64,000 bases of DNA from assembly GCA_051745145.1 (NCBI GenBank), contig JBNJDT010000001.1, positions 32,001 to 96,000 of the forward strand. Reading direction: 5' to 3'. Positions 17,237 to 27,939 of this stretch are shown here, in pieces. Every line of letters starts with the position of its first letter. The first letter of the stretch is position 1. A program made the translations under genes and the position numbers. This stretch comes from Elusimicrobiota bacterium (GTDB lineage: Bacteria; CG03; SLGR01; JAGXOG01). The notes below the pieces were generated by a model that did no database searches, was not told the origin of the DNA, and worked only from the letters and a program-made list of their open reading frames with translations.

Positions 17237-18493
17237 TTATATCTCTGTTAGTGAAATACTGTTAAACTTTTCTTTTAAAAGTTCATCCCTCTCTTGAAAT
17301 AGGTTTTCTATTTTATTGTATTTATTACTGTTATTAAACTCCGCTTTGTTAACCCCCTCACTGTTAAGGGCATTTACTACCTGCCAGGCGGTTACCTCTT
17401 CATCCTCCCCTGCCGGTTTAAAATAACGGGTTTTTTGTTGGTGGAATTCTGTTAATATTCCGACCTCGGTAAGCTCATAGAGAATCCGGTTAATCAGTTT
17501 AATCGGCCCCCCGGCTTTTTTTACAATCTCTTCGGCTGAAAGCGGATCCCCTTTTTCCTGACAATTACGATAAATTATAGATGAGACCAGCAATGCAGCT
17601 TTTTCTTTTAAAGAAAAACTTATATCGCCCGGACGTCCTTCACGCTTATAGATTTTATAATTCTGAACGGCAAAAGACGTTTCCGCCCCAATTAGTATTA
17701 CAATCCAGCTTATATAAACCCATAAAAAAACAAGAACAAACTGAGAAAAACTACCGTAAATAAGATTAAACTCGGTTGCTGCTGCCGTTGCCCATATTAG
17801 ATATATCCTGTAAGAAATATGCCATAATATCCCGGCGGTAATTCCGCCGGCTAGTGCAGCTTTGATCTTTATTCCAACCACCGGAAAAGCAAAATATAAA
17901 AATGAAAACCCAACCATTGTAATTACTACTGGGAAAAGCCCGCTGCTCACCGGAAACACATTACCGGCAAAATTCATGGCCCCGGATAATCCAACAGTTA
18001 TTACAACCGGTAGAATTATAATCGCGGATATATAATATATCAACTTTTTATACAGAGCCCTACTTTCTTTCACCCCCCATATATCATTAAAAGCTTTTTC
18101 CACGTTAAGCAATAAAAAAACAGTAATTTTAAGCAGTAACACCGCACCGATAATACCGAGGGCACTTAGCTGTGCTGTATCCACGTAATTTATGATTTCC
18201 GAAGCAAGTTCGGGATCAAATATAACCTTATTTATAAAATCGGCACCGTAAGTTCTCTGTATTCCCAATTTCTGTAATACGGTAAAAATAACAGCGGCCG
18301 TAGGAATTACGGCAAGTAAAGTATAATAGGTTAGCGAAGAAGCAAGCATATGGCATTTATCACGGACAAAATCTTTGGAAATTATTATTATTATTTTTAA
18401 AACTCTAAATAGAAAACCGCGTATGCTACCATACTTTTCGGTATTTATTACCCATATTTTTTCATTTATAAAATTCTTTATTTTTGACGTCAT
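17237..18493 (-). CDS. YihY/BrkB family membrane protein with C-terminal winged helix
   Basis: ASSLTYYTLLAVIP, EKAFNDIW, IYGSF, LWVYISW.VILIGAE. Confidence 0.9.
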   Translation of the reverse strand: MTSKIKNFINEKIWVINTEKYGSIRGFLFRVLKIIIIISKDFVRDKCHMLASSLTYYTLLAVIPTAAVIFTVLQKLGIQRTYGADFINKVIFDPELASEIINYVDTAQLSALGIIGAVLLLKITVFLLLNVEKAFNDIWGVKESRALYKKLIYYISAIIILPVVITVGLSGAMNFAGNVFPVSSGLFPVVITMVGFSFLYFAFPVVGIKIKAALAGGITAGILWHISYRIYLIWATAAATEFNLIYGSFSQFVLVFLWVYISWIVILIGAETSFAVQNYKIYKREGRPGDISFSLKEKAALLVSSIIYRNCQEKGDPLSAEEIVKKAGGPIKLINRILYELTEVGILTEFHQQKTRYFKPAGEDEEVTAWQVVNALNSEGVNKAEFNNSNKYNKIENLFQERDELLKEKFNSISLTEI

Positions 18494-18627
18494 TTTAATA
18501 TTATTTATTTTTTAACCGAACTGCTTTTGTTTATAATATTTTAAATAGTAAAGCATTTTTCAGAAAATTGCAAAATCTTTATGCCGGTTTAAAATTCAGT
18601 TCGCTGAATAATTTTGAAATTCCTCTT

Positions 18628-18996
18628 CTAATAACCTCGTTTTTTGAGCTGGTCTTCATCAAAACCAAAGTAATGTGCTGTTTCATGAATAACTGTATGG
18701 AAAATCTTCTTTTTCATTTCTTCGGTAAGTTCAACGCCGAAAACTTCCTCAAAACTTTCCTTATAAATTTCAATACGGGTGGGCTCTGTTTGAACTGAAA
18801 ACGTCTTTCTATCTTTTCGGGCAATACCTGTAAATATACCAAACACAATTTTACCCGGATGACGCTCCCTGACCGCCCGGGGTACTTTTTCTCTGGGGAG
18901 AATATTTATTTTTTCTTTATTCAAAATTGCCCTGTACTTTTCAGGCAATTTTAAGACAACCCTGTTGACGGCTTTTTCAAATTTCTGGAATTTCAT
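18628..18996 (-). CDS. Minimal zincin metallopeptidase (Zincin_1-like)
   Basis: HETAHYFG (HExxH), GIFTG, PTRIEIY. Confidence 0.85.
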   Translation of the reverse strand: MKFQKFEKAVNRVVLKLPEKYRAILNKEKINILPREKVPRAVRERHPGKIVFGIFTGIARKDRKTFSVQTEPTRIEIYKESFEEVFGVELTEEMKKKIFHTVIHETAHYFGFDEDQLKKRGY

Positions 18997-19258
18997 TTGA
19001 TTTGCTTTTAACTAACATACCACCTGCAGGAGACGGCCCGCAGCCTTTATTGAGTTTCAAAACTGTTTCTACCTGAGTAATAATGGCATGCAATTTTATT
19101 TTTCAAATTCCACCGGGTCAGCAGCTTTATTCCAAAGCAGATTTAAATATAAAGTAGATGAATGATTATTCCCGCTATAATATAGAGAGAATACGTACTC
19201 CACTCCTCTTATTTTCCTGTAGTTTAAACACTAAATAACTATTTAATTTTCAGTAAAT

Positions 19259-20452
19259 TTATTTTTCTATAAATTTTTTAAACTTAGTTAATCCTTCTTC
19301 CATTTCTTCAGCTGATATTCCGGAATAGGCAAATCTAATATATTTCTCGGTCTCTCCCGGCAATTTTTTACCGAAATGTAATCTGGTGCAAAAAGATACT
19401 CCGGTTTCATGAAGCACAGTTTTTCTAAATTCCGAATAAGTATCTATTCCCAGTTTATCCATAGCCTCCGTTACATTGGGGAATAAATAAAAAGTCGTCT
19501 GGGGTTTAAAACATTTCACTTCTTTAATAGAATTTAAAATTTCAAATCCCACGTCTCTTCTTTTTTCAAGGGTATTCAGTATATTTTTTACCCCGGACTG
19601 GTCACCGGTAAGTCCTTCAAGAGCACCGTACTGAACAAAATGATTAGAACAGGACTCGTCATTAGTATTTAATTTTCCTACAATCGGCGCTATATCATCG
19701 GGGGCAATAGCCGCTCCCAATCTCCAGCCGGTCATAGCAAATTTTTTAGAAAATGTATAGGCAATTACACACCTTTCCTGCATTCCGTCAAGGGAGGTTA
19801 GCGATTTTGATTTTCCCGAATACCTAATATCAAAATAAGCTTCATCACAGAGCACATATAAATCATGCTTCCTGACCAAACCAGCAATCCTTTCTAATTC
19901 CTCTTCGGAAGCTTCGGCAGCCATGGGATTTTGAAAATCGTTAAAAATTAAAATTTTTGTGTTCTCTGTAATAGAATTTTCCAGACCGTCAAGATCAAGT
20001 TTGAAACCTTCTTTTCCTTCCCTATAAGTATAGGGCACCGGAATACCTCCATGAAACTCTATCTGGGATTCGTAAATCGGATAACCGGGGTTGGGATAGA
20101 GGACTTCATCGCCAGGATTCATCAAAGCCAAAATAAATTTCCCTATAACAGGTTTTCCGCCGGGTTGAATGATAACATTTTCCATACTGTAGTCAGTATT
20201 ATGGGATTTATTAATATCTTCTGCCAGGGCCTCTCTGAGAGAATCAATACCCGCATTAGGGCAGTAACCCGTCTTACCATCTTTTATAGCTTTAAAAGTG
20301 GCTTCCTGTATATTTTTCGGGGTGGGTAGATCAATATCTCCAAGATGAAAGGGGTAAATTTTATTTCCCTGAGCCGCAAACTCCGAAGCTTCCTGAGATA
20401 CGGCAAATGCCGTTTCTGTTCCTAAACGTCCAATTCTTTTTGCTAATTTCAT
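19259..20452 (-). CDS. Class I/II PLP aminotransferase (aspartate aminotransferase-like)
   Basis: PNPGYPIY, QNP, DEAY, FSKKFAMTGWRLG, IRFAY. Confidence 0.92.
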   Translation of the reverse strand: MKLAKRIGRLGTETAFAVSQEASEFAAQGNKIYPFHLGDIDLPTPKNIQEATFKAIKDGKTGYCPNAGIDSLREALAEDINKSHNTDYSMENVIIQPGGKPVIGKFILALMNPGDEVLYPNPGYPIYESQIEFHGGIPVPYTYREGKEGFKLDLDGLENSITENTKILIFNDFQNPMAAEASEEELERIAGLVRKHDLYVLCDEAYFDIRYSGKSKSLTSLDGMQERCVIAYTFSKKFAMTGWRLGAAIAPDDIAPIVGKLNTNDESCSNHFVQYGALEGLTGDQSGVKNILNTLEKRRDVGFEILNSIKEVKCFKPQTTFYLFPNVTEAMDKLGIDTYSEFRKTVLHETGVSFCTRLHFGKKLPGETEKYIRFAYSGISAEEMEEGLTKFKKFIEK

Positions 20453-20676
20453 TTTTTCCTCCGTATTCTTTACTAATTATCTTTTTCCTTTTGATTTTTT
20501 ATGTTATAAAAAAATTATAAAAAATTCAACTAATTAGACATAATTCATTAAGTATAATTGTGAAATTTGATAAATACTTTTAAAGCATTATGGTATTAAT
20601 TAGTTATCCGGTATATACAGCTATTTAATAGATTAAAGAACTGAAAATATACATTTATATTTAGGAGTTAGCCAAA

Positions 20677-21981
20677 ATGTCAGATAAAAAAAATGTTAAA
20701 GAGACAATAGATAATAATAATCGCGAAAAATCAGAATGGAAAGACTATCAATGGCATTTAAAACATTCCATTAAAGATATAGAAACTTTTCAAAAATTAA
20801 CGGGTATAGAATTTAACAAAGAGGAGAAAGCAAAACTAAAAAAAACTCTACAAAAATTTCCGCTTTCTATTACCCCTTATTATCTATCTTTAATTAAAAA
20901 AGAAAATTATAAAAAGGATCCCATATTTAAACAGGCTTTTCCCGATCCCAACGAACTTATAGTGACTAAATACGATATGGAAGATCCCCTCCATGAAGAT
21001 GAAGATAAGCCTGTACCGGAAATTACCCACCGGTATCCGGATAGAGTATTATTTACAATAAGTAACCAGTGTTCCATGTACTGCCGGCACTGTACCCGGA
21101 AAAGAAAAGTTGGGGATACAGATTATATTCCCTCTAAAAAAACTGTCAAAAAGGGAATTAAATATATTAAAGAGACCCCCCAGATCAGAGATGTAATTTT
21201 ATCCGGCGGAGATCCCTTAATGCTTTCCGATGACTATCTGGACTGGATCCTTACTGAAATAACTAAAATACCCCACGTTGAAATGGTAAGGATCGGTACC
21301 CGATTTCCGGCGGTTTTGCCATTCAGAATAACAGATAGTCTGGTTGAAATTTTAGCTAAACATCATCCCCTGTGGTTAAATACCCAGTTTAACCACCCGC
21401 GGGAGCTAACTTCCTCAGCTCAAAAGGCGCTGAAGAAACTGGCCGATGCCGGAATTCCTCTGGGAAATCAGTCGGTATTACTGGCCGGCGTTAATGATTG
21501 TCCCAGGATAATTAAAAATCTCATGCATAAGTTGCTTCAAAACCGGGTTAAACCATATTATTTATACCAGTGTGATTTAACTGAAGGACTCTTTCATTTT
21601 CGGACCCCCGTAGGGAAAGGAATCGAAATAATCGAAAACATGATAGGTCACACAAGCGGACTGGCTGTACCGACTTATGTTATAGACGCTCCGGGAGGCG
21701 GGGGTAAAATACCGGTTATGCCAAATTACCTTATTTCCTGGTCAACCCGAAAAGTAGTCTTGAGAAATTATGAGGGAAATATAACTACTTATAAGGAACC
21801 CGATTCTTACGAACCGGTATTTTGCGACCGTAATTGTGATGGCTGTAAACTTCAGCTGGATCTTGAAGGGGCTGCAGAATATAAATCCCGGGGAATAGTA
21901 AGCTTATTATCACACCATGATAACACTTCTTCCCTCATACCCGAAGGAACTGATAGAATAAATAGAAGAACAGATACCTAA
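20677..21981 (+). CDS. ablA: Lysine 2,3-aminomutase (AblA/KamA)
   Basis: THRYPDR, radical-[40 protein letters not shown]-terminal CDRNCDGC with an AblA-type tail. Confidence 0.93.
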   Translation: MSDKKNVKETIDNNNREKSEWKDYQWHLKHSIKDIETFQKLTGIEFNKEEKAKLKKTLQKFPLSITPYYLSLIKKENYKKDPIFKQAFPDPNELIVTKYDMEDPLHEDEDKPVPEITHRYPDRVLFTISNQCSMYCRHCTRKRKVGDTDYIPSKKTVKKGIKYIKETPQIRDVILSGGDPLMLSDDYLDWILTEITKIPHVEMVRIGTRFPAVLPFRITDSLVEILAKHHPLWLNTQFNHPRELTSSAQKALKKLADAGIPLGNQSVLLAGVNDCPRIIKNLMHKLLQNRVKPYYLYQCDLTEGLFHFRTPVGKGIEIIENMIGHTSGLAVPTYVIDAPGGGGKIPVMPNYLISWSTRKVVLRNYEGNITTYKEPDSYEPVFCDRNCDGCKLQLDLEGAAEYKSRGIVSLLSHHDNTSSLIPEGTDRINRRTDT

Positions 21982-21982
21982 T

Positions 21983-23311
21983 ATGACTGAAAAAATACTC
22001 CTAATAGGAAGCTGGGCTAAAGAGCAGATAACAATAGAAAATATAAAACAAAGTTCTACTTACCGGGTATTCTGTTATCTAAGTACTAAAAATCCGGGAA
22101 TACTTAAACTGGCCGACGGGTATAAAATCGGAAGTTTATCCGATAATAAAAACATAATTCAATACGCCCGGGATATCAAACCGGATTTAGTGCTAATTAC
22201 TACAGCCTCCCCCCTTTCAAATGGACTCACTGACGTACTCGAACGGGCCGGCTTTTCCGTATTTGCTCCCAGTAAACAGGCCGCCCGGCTGGAAATAGAT
22301 AAAGCTTACGCCAGAAATATTTTAAAAGAAATTGATATGGATATAGTTCCAAAATTCGGAGTTTTTAAGAAAATAGAAAAAGGCATAGAATTTGCCGGAA
22401 AATTAAACTGGGATGTAGCCGTTAAACCGGTGGGACTTACCGAAGGTCTGGGGGTAAAAGTTTCAGATGAACAGCTCAAAACCAAAGAGGATATAAAGAA
22501 TTATATCCGGGAAATTTTAAATAAAAAAATAAGCGGAAAATCAAAAGTTCTTATAGAAAAAAAGTTAACCGGAGAAGAATTCACAATACAGTGCCTGGCA
22601 TATGACGGAACAATTATTCCCACTCCGGCCGTTCAGGATTTTAAAAAATTAAAACCCAATGATAAAGGGCCAAATACGGCAAGCATGGGCTCTTACTCGG
22701 ATACAAAAAAAATACTTCCCTTTTTAACACCAGAAGAATACCGATACTCTCTTAAAATAATTCAAAAGACTGTGAATTATTTTACTCAAAAAACAGGCAA
22801 AGATTGCCGGGGGTTTTTATACGGCCAGTTTATTCTAACCCCTTCGGGTATTAAAGTTGTGGAGTATAATTTCCGGCCCGGAGATCCGGAATGGATGAAT
22901 ACTCTTACAGTTCTTAAAGATAATATAGCTGATAAAATTTTTAGTTTAATGAAAGGTAATGATATAAAATTAAATTTTAAGAATCGGGCCACCGTCTGCA
23001 AATATATAGTGCCCCGGGACTATCCCCGGAAATTATATCAGGAACTGGATATTGCCTTTCCTGAAGATAAATTAAAGGATTTGGGAGTAAATTTCTATTA
23101 CAGCGGGGGAATAGTTTCGGGGAACAGGTTAAATGTAGGTAAAGAAAGAGGAGTTGCTTTTATAGGTCAGGGGAATTCCATTGCTAAAGCAAATAACAGT
23201 GTAGAAAAAGCTATCTCATTGATAAAAGGTAATTTTAGATACAGATGCGATATCGGCTCTGAAAAATTAATTAATTCTAAGAAAAAGTATGTGAGGGAGG
23301 CAATAAGATAA
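21983..23311 (+). CDS. PurD-like ATP-grasp ligase (divergent paralog)
   Basis: PurD layout throughout (NPG, AARLE.DK, VAVKP.GL..G.GV, GEEF, GPNT..MG, EYN.R.GDPE, R.DIG) with substitutions in the substrate motifs. Confidence 0.8.
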   Translation: MTEKILLIGSWAKEQITIENIKQSSTYRVFCYLSTKNPGILKLADGYKIGSLSDNKNIIQYARDIKPDLVLITTASPLSNGLTDVLERAGFSVFAPSKQAARLEIDKAYARNILKEIDMDIVPKFGVFKKIEKGIEFAGKLNWDVAVKPVGLTEGLGVKVSDEQLKTKEDIKNYIREILNKKISGKSKVLIEKKLTGEEFTIQCLAYDGTIIPTPAVQDFKKLKPNDKGPNTASMGSYSDTKKILPFLTPEEYRYSLKIIQKTVNYFTQKTGKDCRGFLYGQFILTPSGIKVVEYNFRPGDPEWMNTLTVLKDNIADKIFSLMKGNDIKLNFKNRATVCKYIVPRDYPRKLYQELDIAFPEDKLKDLGVNFYYSGGIVSGNRLNVGKERGVAFIGQGNSIAKANNSVEKAISLIKGNFRYRCDIGSEKLINSKKKYVREAIR

Positions 23312-23313
23312 AT

Positions 23314-23817
23314 ATGAAAAATTCAGATTTTAATATTCGTGAAGCTAAAGAAGAAGAATTTTTAAAATTGCATAAATTTGTGGCCAACTGCCCTCCCCTG
23401 GAACAGTATCCGGTTCACTTATACAAATTAACGCTCAGGTATTTTCGAAATACGTGTTTTATCGCAGAATTAAACGGCAATTGGGCTGGTTTTCTTACAA
23501 GTTTTATCTCCCAGGTAAATCCGGAAAATTTATTTATGTGGCAGATAGGCATTCATCCTGATATGCAGGGTAAAGGACTTGGCAAAAAAATTTTAAAAGC
23601 AGCAGAAAAAAAATTAAAGAAAAGAGGAATCAAAAAAATAGAATTAACCGTGGATCCTGAAAACAGTCCTTCCCAGAAATTATTTACCGGCATGGGGTAT
23701 AAAAACATAAGTAAAGATGAAGGGGAATGTGTAAATATTAATAATACACCGGCAGTTAAAGATTTTTACAAACCGGGCAGACATTTTACGGTTTTTCAAA
23801 AAAAATTAAATATTTAG
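23314..23817 (+). CDS. GNAT N-acetyltransferase, EctA-like
   Basis: CPPLE, FRNTCFIAE, LFMWQIG.HP..QGKGLG, TV.PEN..S..LF. Confidence 0.82.
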   Translation: MKNSDFNIREAKEEEFLKLHKFVANCPPLEQYPVHLYKLTLRYFRNTCFIAELNGNWAGFLTSFISQVNPENLFMWQIGIHPDMQGKGLGKKILKAAEKKLKKRGIKKIELTVDPENSPSQKLFTGMGYKNISKDEGECVNINNTPAVKDFYKPGRHFTVFQKKLNI

Positions 23818-23837
23818 AATAGTAAAATTTTATTTTT

Positions 23838-25538
23838 TTATCTATCAGTATATAGATATCTTTTTATTTTGCGGGTAGTTGTTTTCTGAAATTCTTCCTG
23901 CTGAATTTTAAAATATTTCACTTTCTTAAAAGCCGGTAAGTTTTCAGTATATTTTTTTATTTCTTGATTTATTATATTATAAATGGACTCTTTACTCTCT
24001 TCAACTTTCTTCTCGCTAAAATACTTATCTAAATTTTCATGATCCGGATAAATAAGAGCAGCTACTTTCTCATTTTTATTATCCATTTCCTTACCATACA
24101 CCATTGCTTCACTTATATAATCGCTGTGTTGTAACTTTGCTTCAATTTCTTCGGGGTATACATTTTTACCCGCCGCAGTAACAATAACGTTTTTAGACCG
24201 GCCCTTAATGTACAGACAATTATTATCATCGATATAACCTATATCGCCAGTTTTGAGCCAGCCGTTATCCATAACTTTTCGAGTAGCTCTATCATTTTTA
24301 AAATAACCGCTCATTACGTTATCCCCCTTTGCTTCAATCTCCCCGTAACCTTTTTCGTTTTTATTTTTTATTCTAAGTTTAACTCCGTCAATTGGTTTGC
24401 CTACCGATTCTAAGCCGGCAGGAACTCTGTAATTTACGGTTAAAACCGGTGCCGTTTCTGTTAAACCATACCCCTGTACAAACTCTATCCCCAGCATATC
24501 AAAAAAATCGCCGGTTGAGGGTACCAGCGGAGCTCCGCCGGAAACCATTAACCTGAGTGTACTGAGACCCGCTTTCTGCCTAACATTTTTAAATACCGCA
24601 GAACCGGCATTAATATTAACTTTATTTAAAACTTTATTAACCCCTTTAAAAGTTGTGAAAATTACCCGTTTTAAAATAGAAGAATTTTTTACTTTTCTGT
24701 TTATTGCATTTTTAAAAGAATCAAAAAGAGCCGGGACCCCAAGCATTACAGTAACTTTTTGGTCTTTCATATACCGGACAATTTTAGTGGCCCGAAGAGT
24801 ATTAGAAAAAACTACTTTACTTCCCACCGCTAACGGGATTAACATGGTACCTGCGGCCGGGAATGCATGGAATAACGGCAAAATAGCTACAAATACATCG
24901 TCTTTTTTAAATTTTATTATAGAAGGTATAGCATCTATCTGATGAAGTAAATTACCGTGAGTAAGAGAAACGCCTTTCGGAGACCCGGTTGTACCGGAAG
25001 TATATAAGATCGCCGCCAGATCATTCTTATCTCTTTTTTCTAAACCCGGATAATTGTCTATACCTTTTATATTAGTTTCGTTTTTAAGAATATTTTTTAA
25101 GCTCTTCTCCCCGTTATAGGGCCGGGATGTATCAGTTACTATAGCTTCTTTTATATTTAAACCCGATCTTATCTCCAGGTTTAAGCCATCATAAATTTTT
25201 GAATCCGTAAATAGAATATCGGCCTTGCTATGCCTCAGAAAATGGATATTATCACTGGCATGTAATTTAGTATCCAGCGGCACTACGGGAATACCTAAAA
25301 AATGGGCGGTAAAATATACTACTGTCCAGTAATGAGAATTTTCAGCTAACAGGGCTATCTTAGAATTATCATCTATTATACCGGCTTTTAATAAATAGCC
25401 GGAAAGCTTTAATACATCCTCCCTGAAATCCCCGTAAGTATATTTTTTATACCCATCATCGACCGGTTCTACATGGGCAATGCCGTCATTATAGAATTCT
25501 GTCCTATCAAGAAAAAATTGAGCTAAATTTTTATACAT
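23838..25538 (-). CDS. Long-chain acyl-CoA synthetase (AMP-forming)
   Basis: YTSGTTGSPKG, LPLFH, SGGAPL, QGYGLTE, TGDIG, GKNVYPEEIE. Confidence 0.92.
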   Translation of the reverse strand: MYKNLAQFFLDRTEFYNDGIAHVEPVDDGYKKYTYGDFREDVLKLSGYLLKAGIIDDNSKIALLAENSHYWTVVYFTAHFLGIPVVPLDTKLHASDNIHFLRHSKADILFTDSKIYDGLNLEIRSGLNIKEAIVTDTSRPYNGEKSLKNILKNETNIKGIDNYPGLEKRDKNDLAAILYTSGTTGSPKGVSLTHGNLLHQIDAIPSIIKFKKDDVFVAILPLFHAFPAAGTMLIPLAVGSKVVFSNTLRATKIVRYMKDQKVTVMLGVPALFDSFKNAINRKVKNSSILKRVIFTTFKGVNKVLNKVNINAGSAVFKNVRQKAGLSTLRLMVSGGAPLVPSTGDFFDMLGIEFVQGYGLTETAPVLTVNYRVPAGLESVGKPIDGVKLRIKNKNEKGYGEIEAKGDNVMSGYFKNDRATRKVMDNGWLKTGDIGYIDDNNCLYIKGRSKNVIVTAAGKNVYPEEIEAKLQHSDYISEAMVYGKEMDNKNEKVAALIYPDHENLDKYFSEKKVEESKESIYNIINQEIKKYTENLPAFKKVKYFKIQQEEFQKTTTRKIKRYLYTDR

Positions 25539-26879
25539 TTACAGTAATTCCGCCGCCAGACCGGCCAGATTACTCCTCTCGCTTTTAGATAAGGTAACAT
25601 GCGCAAAAATATCCTGTCCTTTAAATCTTTCCGCCAGATATGTCAACCCGTTAGAAGCAGAATCCAGATAGGGGTTATCTATCTGGTAGGGATCCCCGGT
25701 AACAACCACTTTAGTATTTTTGCCGGCTCTGGAAACTATAGTCTTTATTTCCAGTGGAGTCAAATTCTGTGCTTCGTCAATTATCATAAACTGCTGGGGG
25801 ATACTTCGCCCTCTTAAATACGTCAACGCCTCAATCTCTATTTTTCCGGTATCAAAAAGGTTATCCACTACATCCGAAGGTTTTAAATTTACATTGTTTT
25901 TCTTACTCTTACCGAAAGTTTTACCACTTTCTTCAACTAAAAATTCCAAGTTATCGTAAAAAGCTCCCATCCAGTTGGCAAGTTTTTCTTCTTTTGAACC
26001 GGGTAGATAACCGATATCTTTTCCCATGGGAACAACTGGTCTGGATATCATAACCCGCCGGTATTTTTTTTCATCAAAAGTTAAATGCAGACCGCAGGCA
26101 AGAGCTATTAAGGTTTTTCCCGTGCCGGCCACCCCCAGCAAAGTTACCAGTTCAATATCGTCATTTAACATTGCTTCAAAAGCAAACTGCTGTTCTACGT
26201 TTAAAGCTTTCAGACCCCACGGTCGACTCTGTGCGTGAGTAAGCTTTACTATAAGATCCTCCCGGGGCGAATACCGTCCCAGACCTGTCTTTTTATTATC
26301 AGACTGTGATCTTAATTTTATAAATTCCTGTGGCGAAAGCTGTTTCTCTATATCCGCGGGAATGGGCATCTTCTTCTGGCTGAGAAATTCATCCACAAGG
26401 TTATCTTTTACTTCTAATTCTCGCCACCCGGAATATAATTCTTCAAACCGGACCTTAGCTTTTTCAAAGTCCTGAACTTCTAAACCCAGCACCTCTGCTT
26501 TTACCCGCATATTAATATCTTTAGATATAAATATTACATTTTTACCGCTCTCTTTTAGGCCCAGGGCCACGGCAAGTATCTCATTATCAGCCTTTTTTAC
26601 CAGGGAAGTGGGAATATCGGCTTTTTTATCTGCTTCAATTCTTATGATTCCCCCTTTATCGGTCTTTACGCCTTCAAAAAGTTTGCCCTTATTTCTTAAA
26701 TTATCCAATCTCCTGGTTATCAGGCGGGCATTCCGGCCCCGTTCATCCGATAATTTTTTTAATTTGTCAAGCTCCTCTATTACTGTAAGAGGTAAAACAA
26801 CTTCATTATCTTCAAAGTTATAAAGACTTCCCGGGTCATGGATTAAGACATTGGTATCCAGTACAAATGATTTATTCAT
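25539..26879 (-). CDS. PIN-PhoH (PhoH2) protein
   Basis: VLDTNVL, EELD, SKDINMRVKA (PIN); GVAGTGKT, GYLPG, YLRGRS, DEAQN, GDPYQID (PhoH). Confidence 0.93.
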   Translation of the reverse strand: MNKSFVLDTNVLIHDPGSLYNFEDNEVVLPLTVIEELDKLKKLSDERGRNARLITRRLDNLRNKGKLFEGVKTDKGGIIRIEADKKADIPTSLVKKADNEILAVALGLKESGKNVIFISKDINMRVKAEVLGLEVQDFEKAKVRFEELYSGWRELEVKDNLVDEFLSQKKMPIPADIEKQLSPQEFIKLRSQSDNKKTGLGRYSPREDLIVKLTHAQSRPWGLKALNVEQQFAFEAMLNDDIELVTLLGVAGTGKTLIALACGLHLTFDEKKYRRVMISRPVVPMGKDIGYLPGSKEEKLANWMGAFYDNLEFLVEESGKTFGKSKKNNVNLKPSDVVDNLFDTGKIEIEALTYLRGRSIPQQFMIIDEAQNLTPLEIKTIVSRAGKNTKVVVTGDPYQIDNPYLDSASNGLTYLAERFKGQDIFAHVTLSKSERSNLAGLAAELL

Positions 26880-27814
26880 AAGATATCACCTAACTCCTCT
26901 TTATCCAATTCATAAAATTTACACCATTTACAAAACCGCTTTTGATCGGTCAGAGGGAATTTCTCCTTGGCACAGGGGATATTTTTATCGGGATCTTTTA
27001 AATACTTTTTCATATCCTCTATACTCCGGGAAACTTTCTCTTTTGCCTCTTCCAGAGATTTTTCGGTTATCTTTACTTCTCTTGTACTGCCGTTTAAAAG
27101 ATATTCCACTCTTCCCTTCATAAGATCGGCCGAAATACCGAATTTATTTTTAATATAAAGGGCGTATAAATTAAGTTGATCGTCGTGTTTATCGTATTCT
27201 TTACCGGTTTTCCAATCCACTACATACCAATCTCCCGCCTCATCGGTATAAACTAAATCCGGAATGGCGTATACCGGTGTACCCTTAAAGTTGAATGTAT
27301 CCATATTTTCCACCATCTCCAAACTGCAAGACTGCTTTACCAAGTCATTAATAGACGGTGATTCATAAAGATTATCCACTGCCTTATATAGTCTGTTTTT
27401 TATCTTTTTTATTAAATTATCCGACAGTCCATTGCCATAGTAAAACTCCTGCAGCATAAAATATTGATTGGGACTGGCCTTCCACTTATGCGGTTCCCGG
27501 GACTCTTTCCAGGCCTGATTAAGCAGATACCTTACCTTGTCTATTAACTTTTTTTTGTCCGGATATTCTCCGGTACTATCTACAATTTTACAAGCATATT
27601 CAGCTACTTCATGAACGGCACTTCCCAGTATAAGATATATTCCGGTAAGTTTCTTAAGCCGGTAGGCCAGTTTACACTCTTCGGGGGCACTGTCCTCCCA
27701 CCCGTTGTGAGCTAAATAATAATTGTAATAGTATTTTCTTTTACATTCCTGAAAAGTATTATTCCTTGAAGACGACCAGCTCCACGGAGGATATTTTGTT
27801 CTTTGATATGTCAT
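26876..27814 (-). CDS. Stand-alone PD-(D/E)XK nuclease (AddB/Cas4-like)
   Basis: ECKRKY, GSAVH, AIPD, VVDWKTG, QLNLYALY, CKWC. Confidence 0.85.
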   Translation of the reverse strand: MTYQRTKYPPWSWSSSRNNTFQECKRKYYYNYYLAHNGWEDSAPEECKLAYRLKKLTGIYLILGSAVHEVAEYACKIVDSTGEYPDKKKLIDKVRYLLNQAWKESREPHKWKASPNQYFMLQEFYYGNGLSDNLIKKIKNRLYKAVDNLYESPSINDLVKQSCSLEMVENMDTFNFKGTPVYAIPDLVYTDEAGDWYVVDWKTGKEYDKHDDQLNLYALYIKNKFGISADLMKGRVEYLLNGSTREVKITEKSLEEAKEKVSRSIEDMKKYLKDPDKNIPCAKEKFPLTDQKRFCKWCKFYELDKEELGDIL

Positions 27815-27939
27815 TTATTACCTTCCCGTATTATATATTTATTTACACTTAACATTTAATTCCTAATTATAGCAATTATTTTAAAAAATCTCAATTTTGC
27901 TCTAAATATATAAACTGATTTTTAAAATATAATATAATT

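Noticed and set aside
19000..19250. Intergenic stretch with GAGGAG and a short hydrophobic minus-strand reading; possible gene remnant or riboswitch
   Set aside because: All frames are short or interrupted, and no family or RNA motif could be recognised.
21983..23311. Assigning the gene symbol purD
   Set aside because: Substrate motifs are altered and the operon context is not purine synthesis; purC lies 5 kb away on the other strand.
23314..23817. Calling an ectoine pathway (ectA)
   Set aside because: No ectB (class III aminotransferase) or ectC in the window; the neighbouring aminotransferase is class I/II.
26876..27814. Cas4-like nuclease as evidence of CRISPR-Cas
   Set aside because: No cas1/cas2 or array nearby; stand-alone PD-(D/E)XK nucleases are common.
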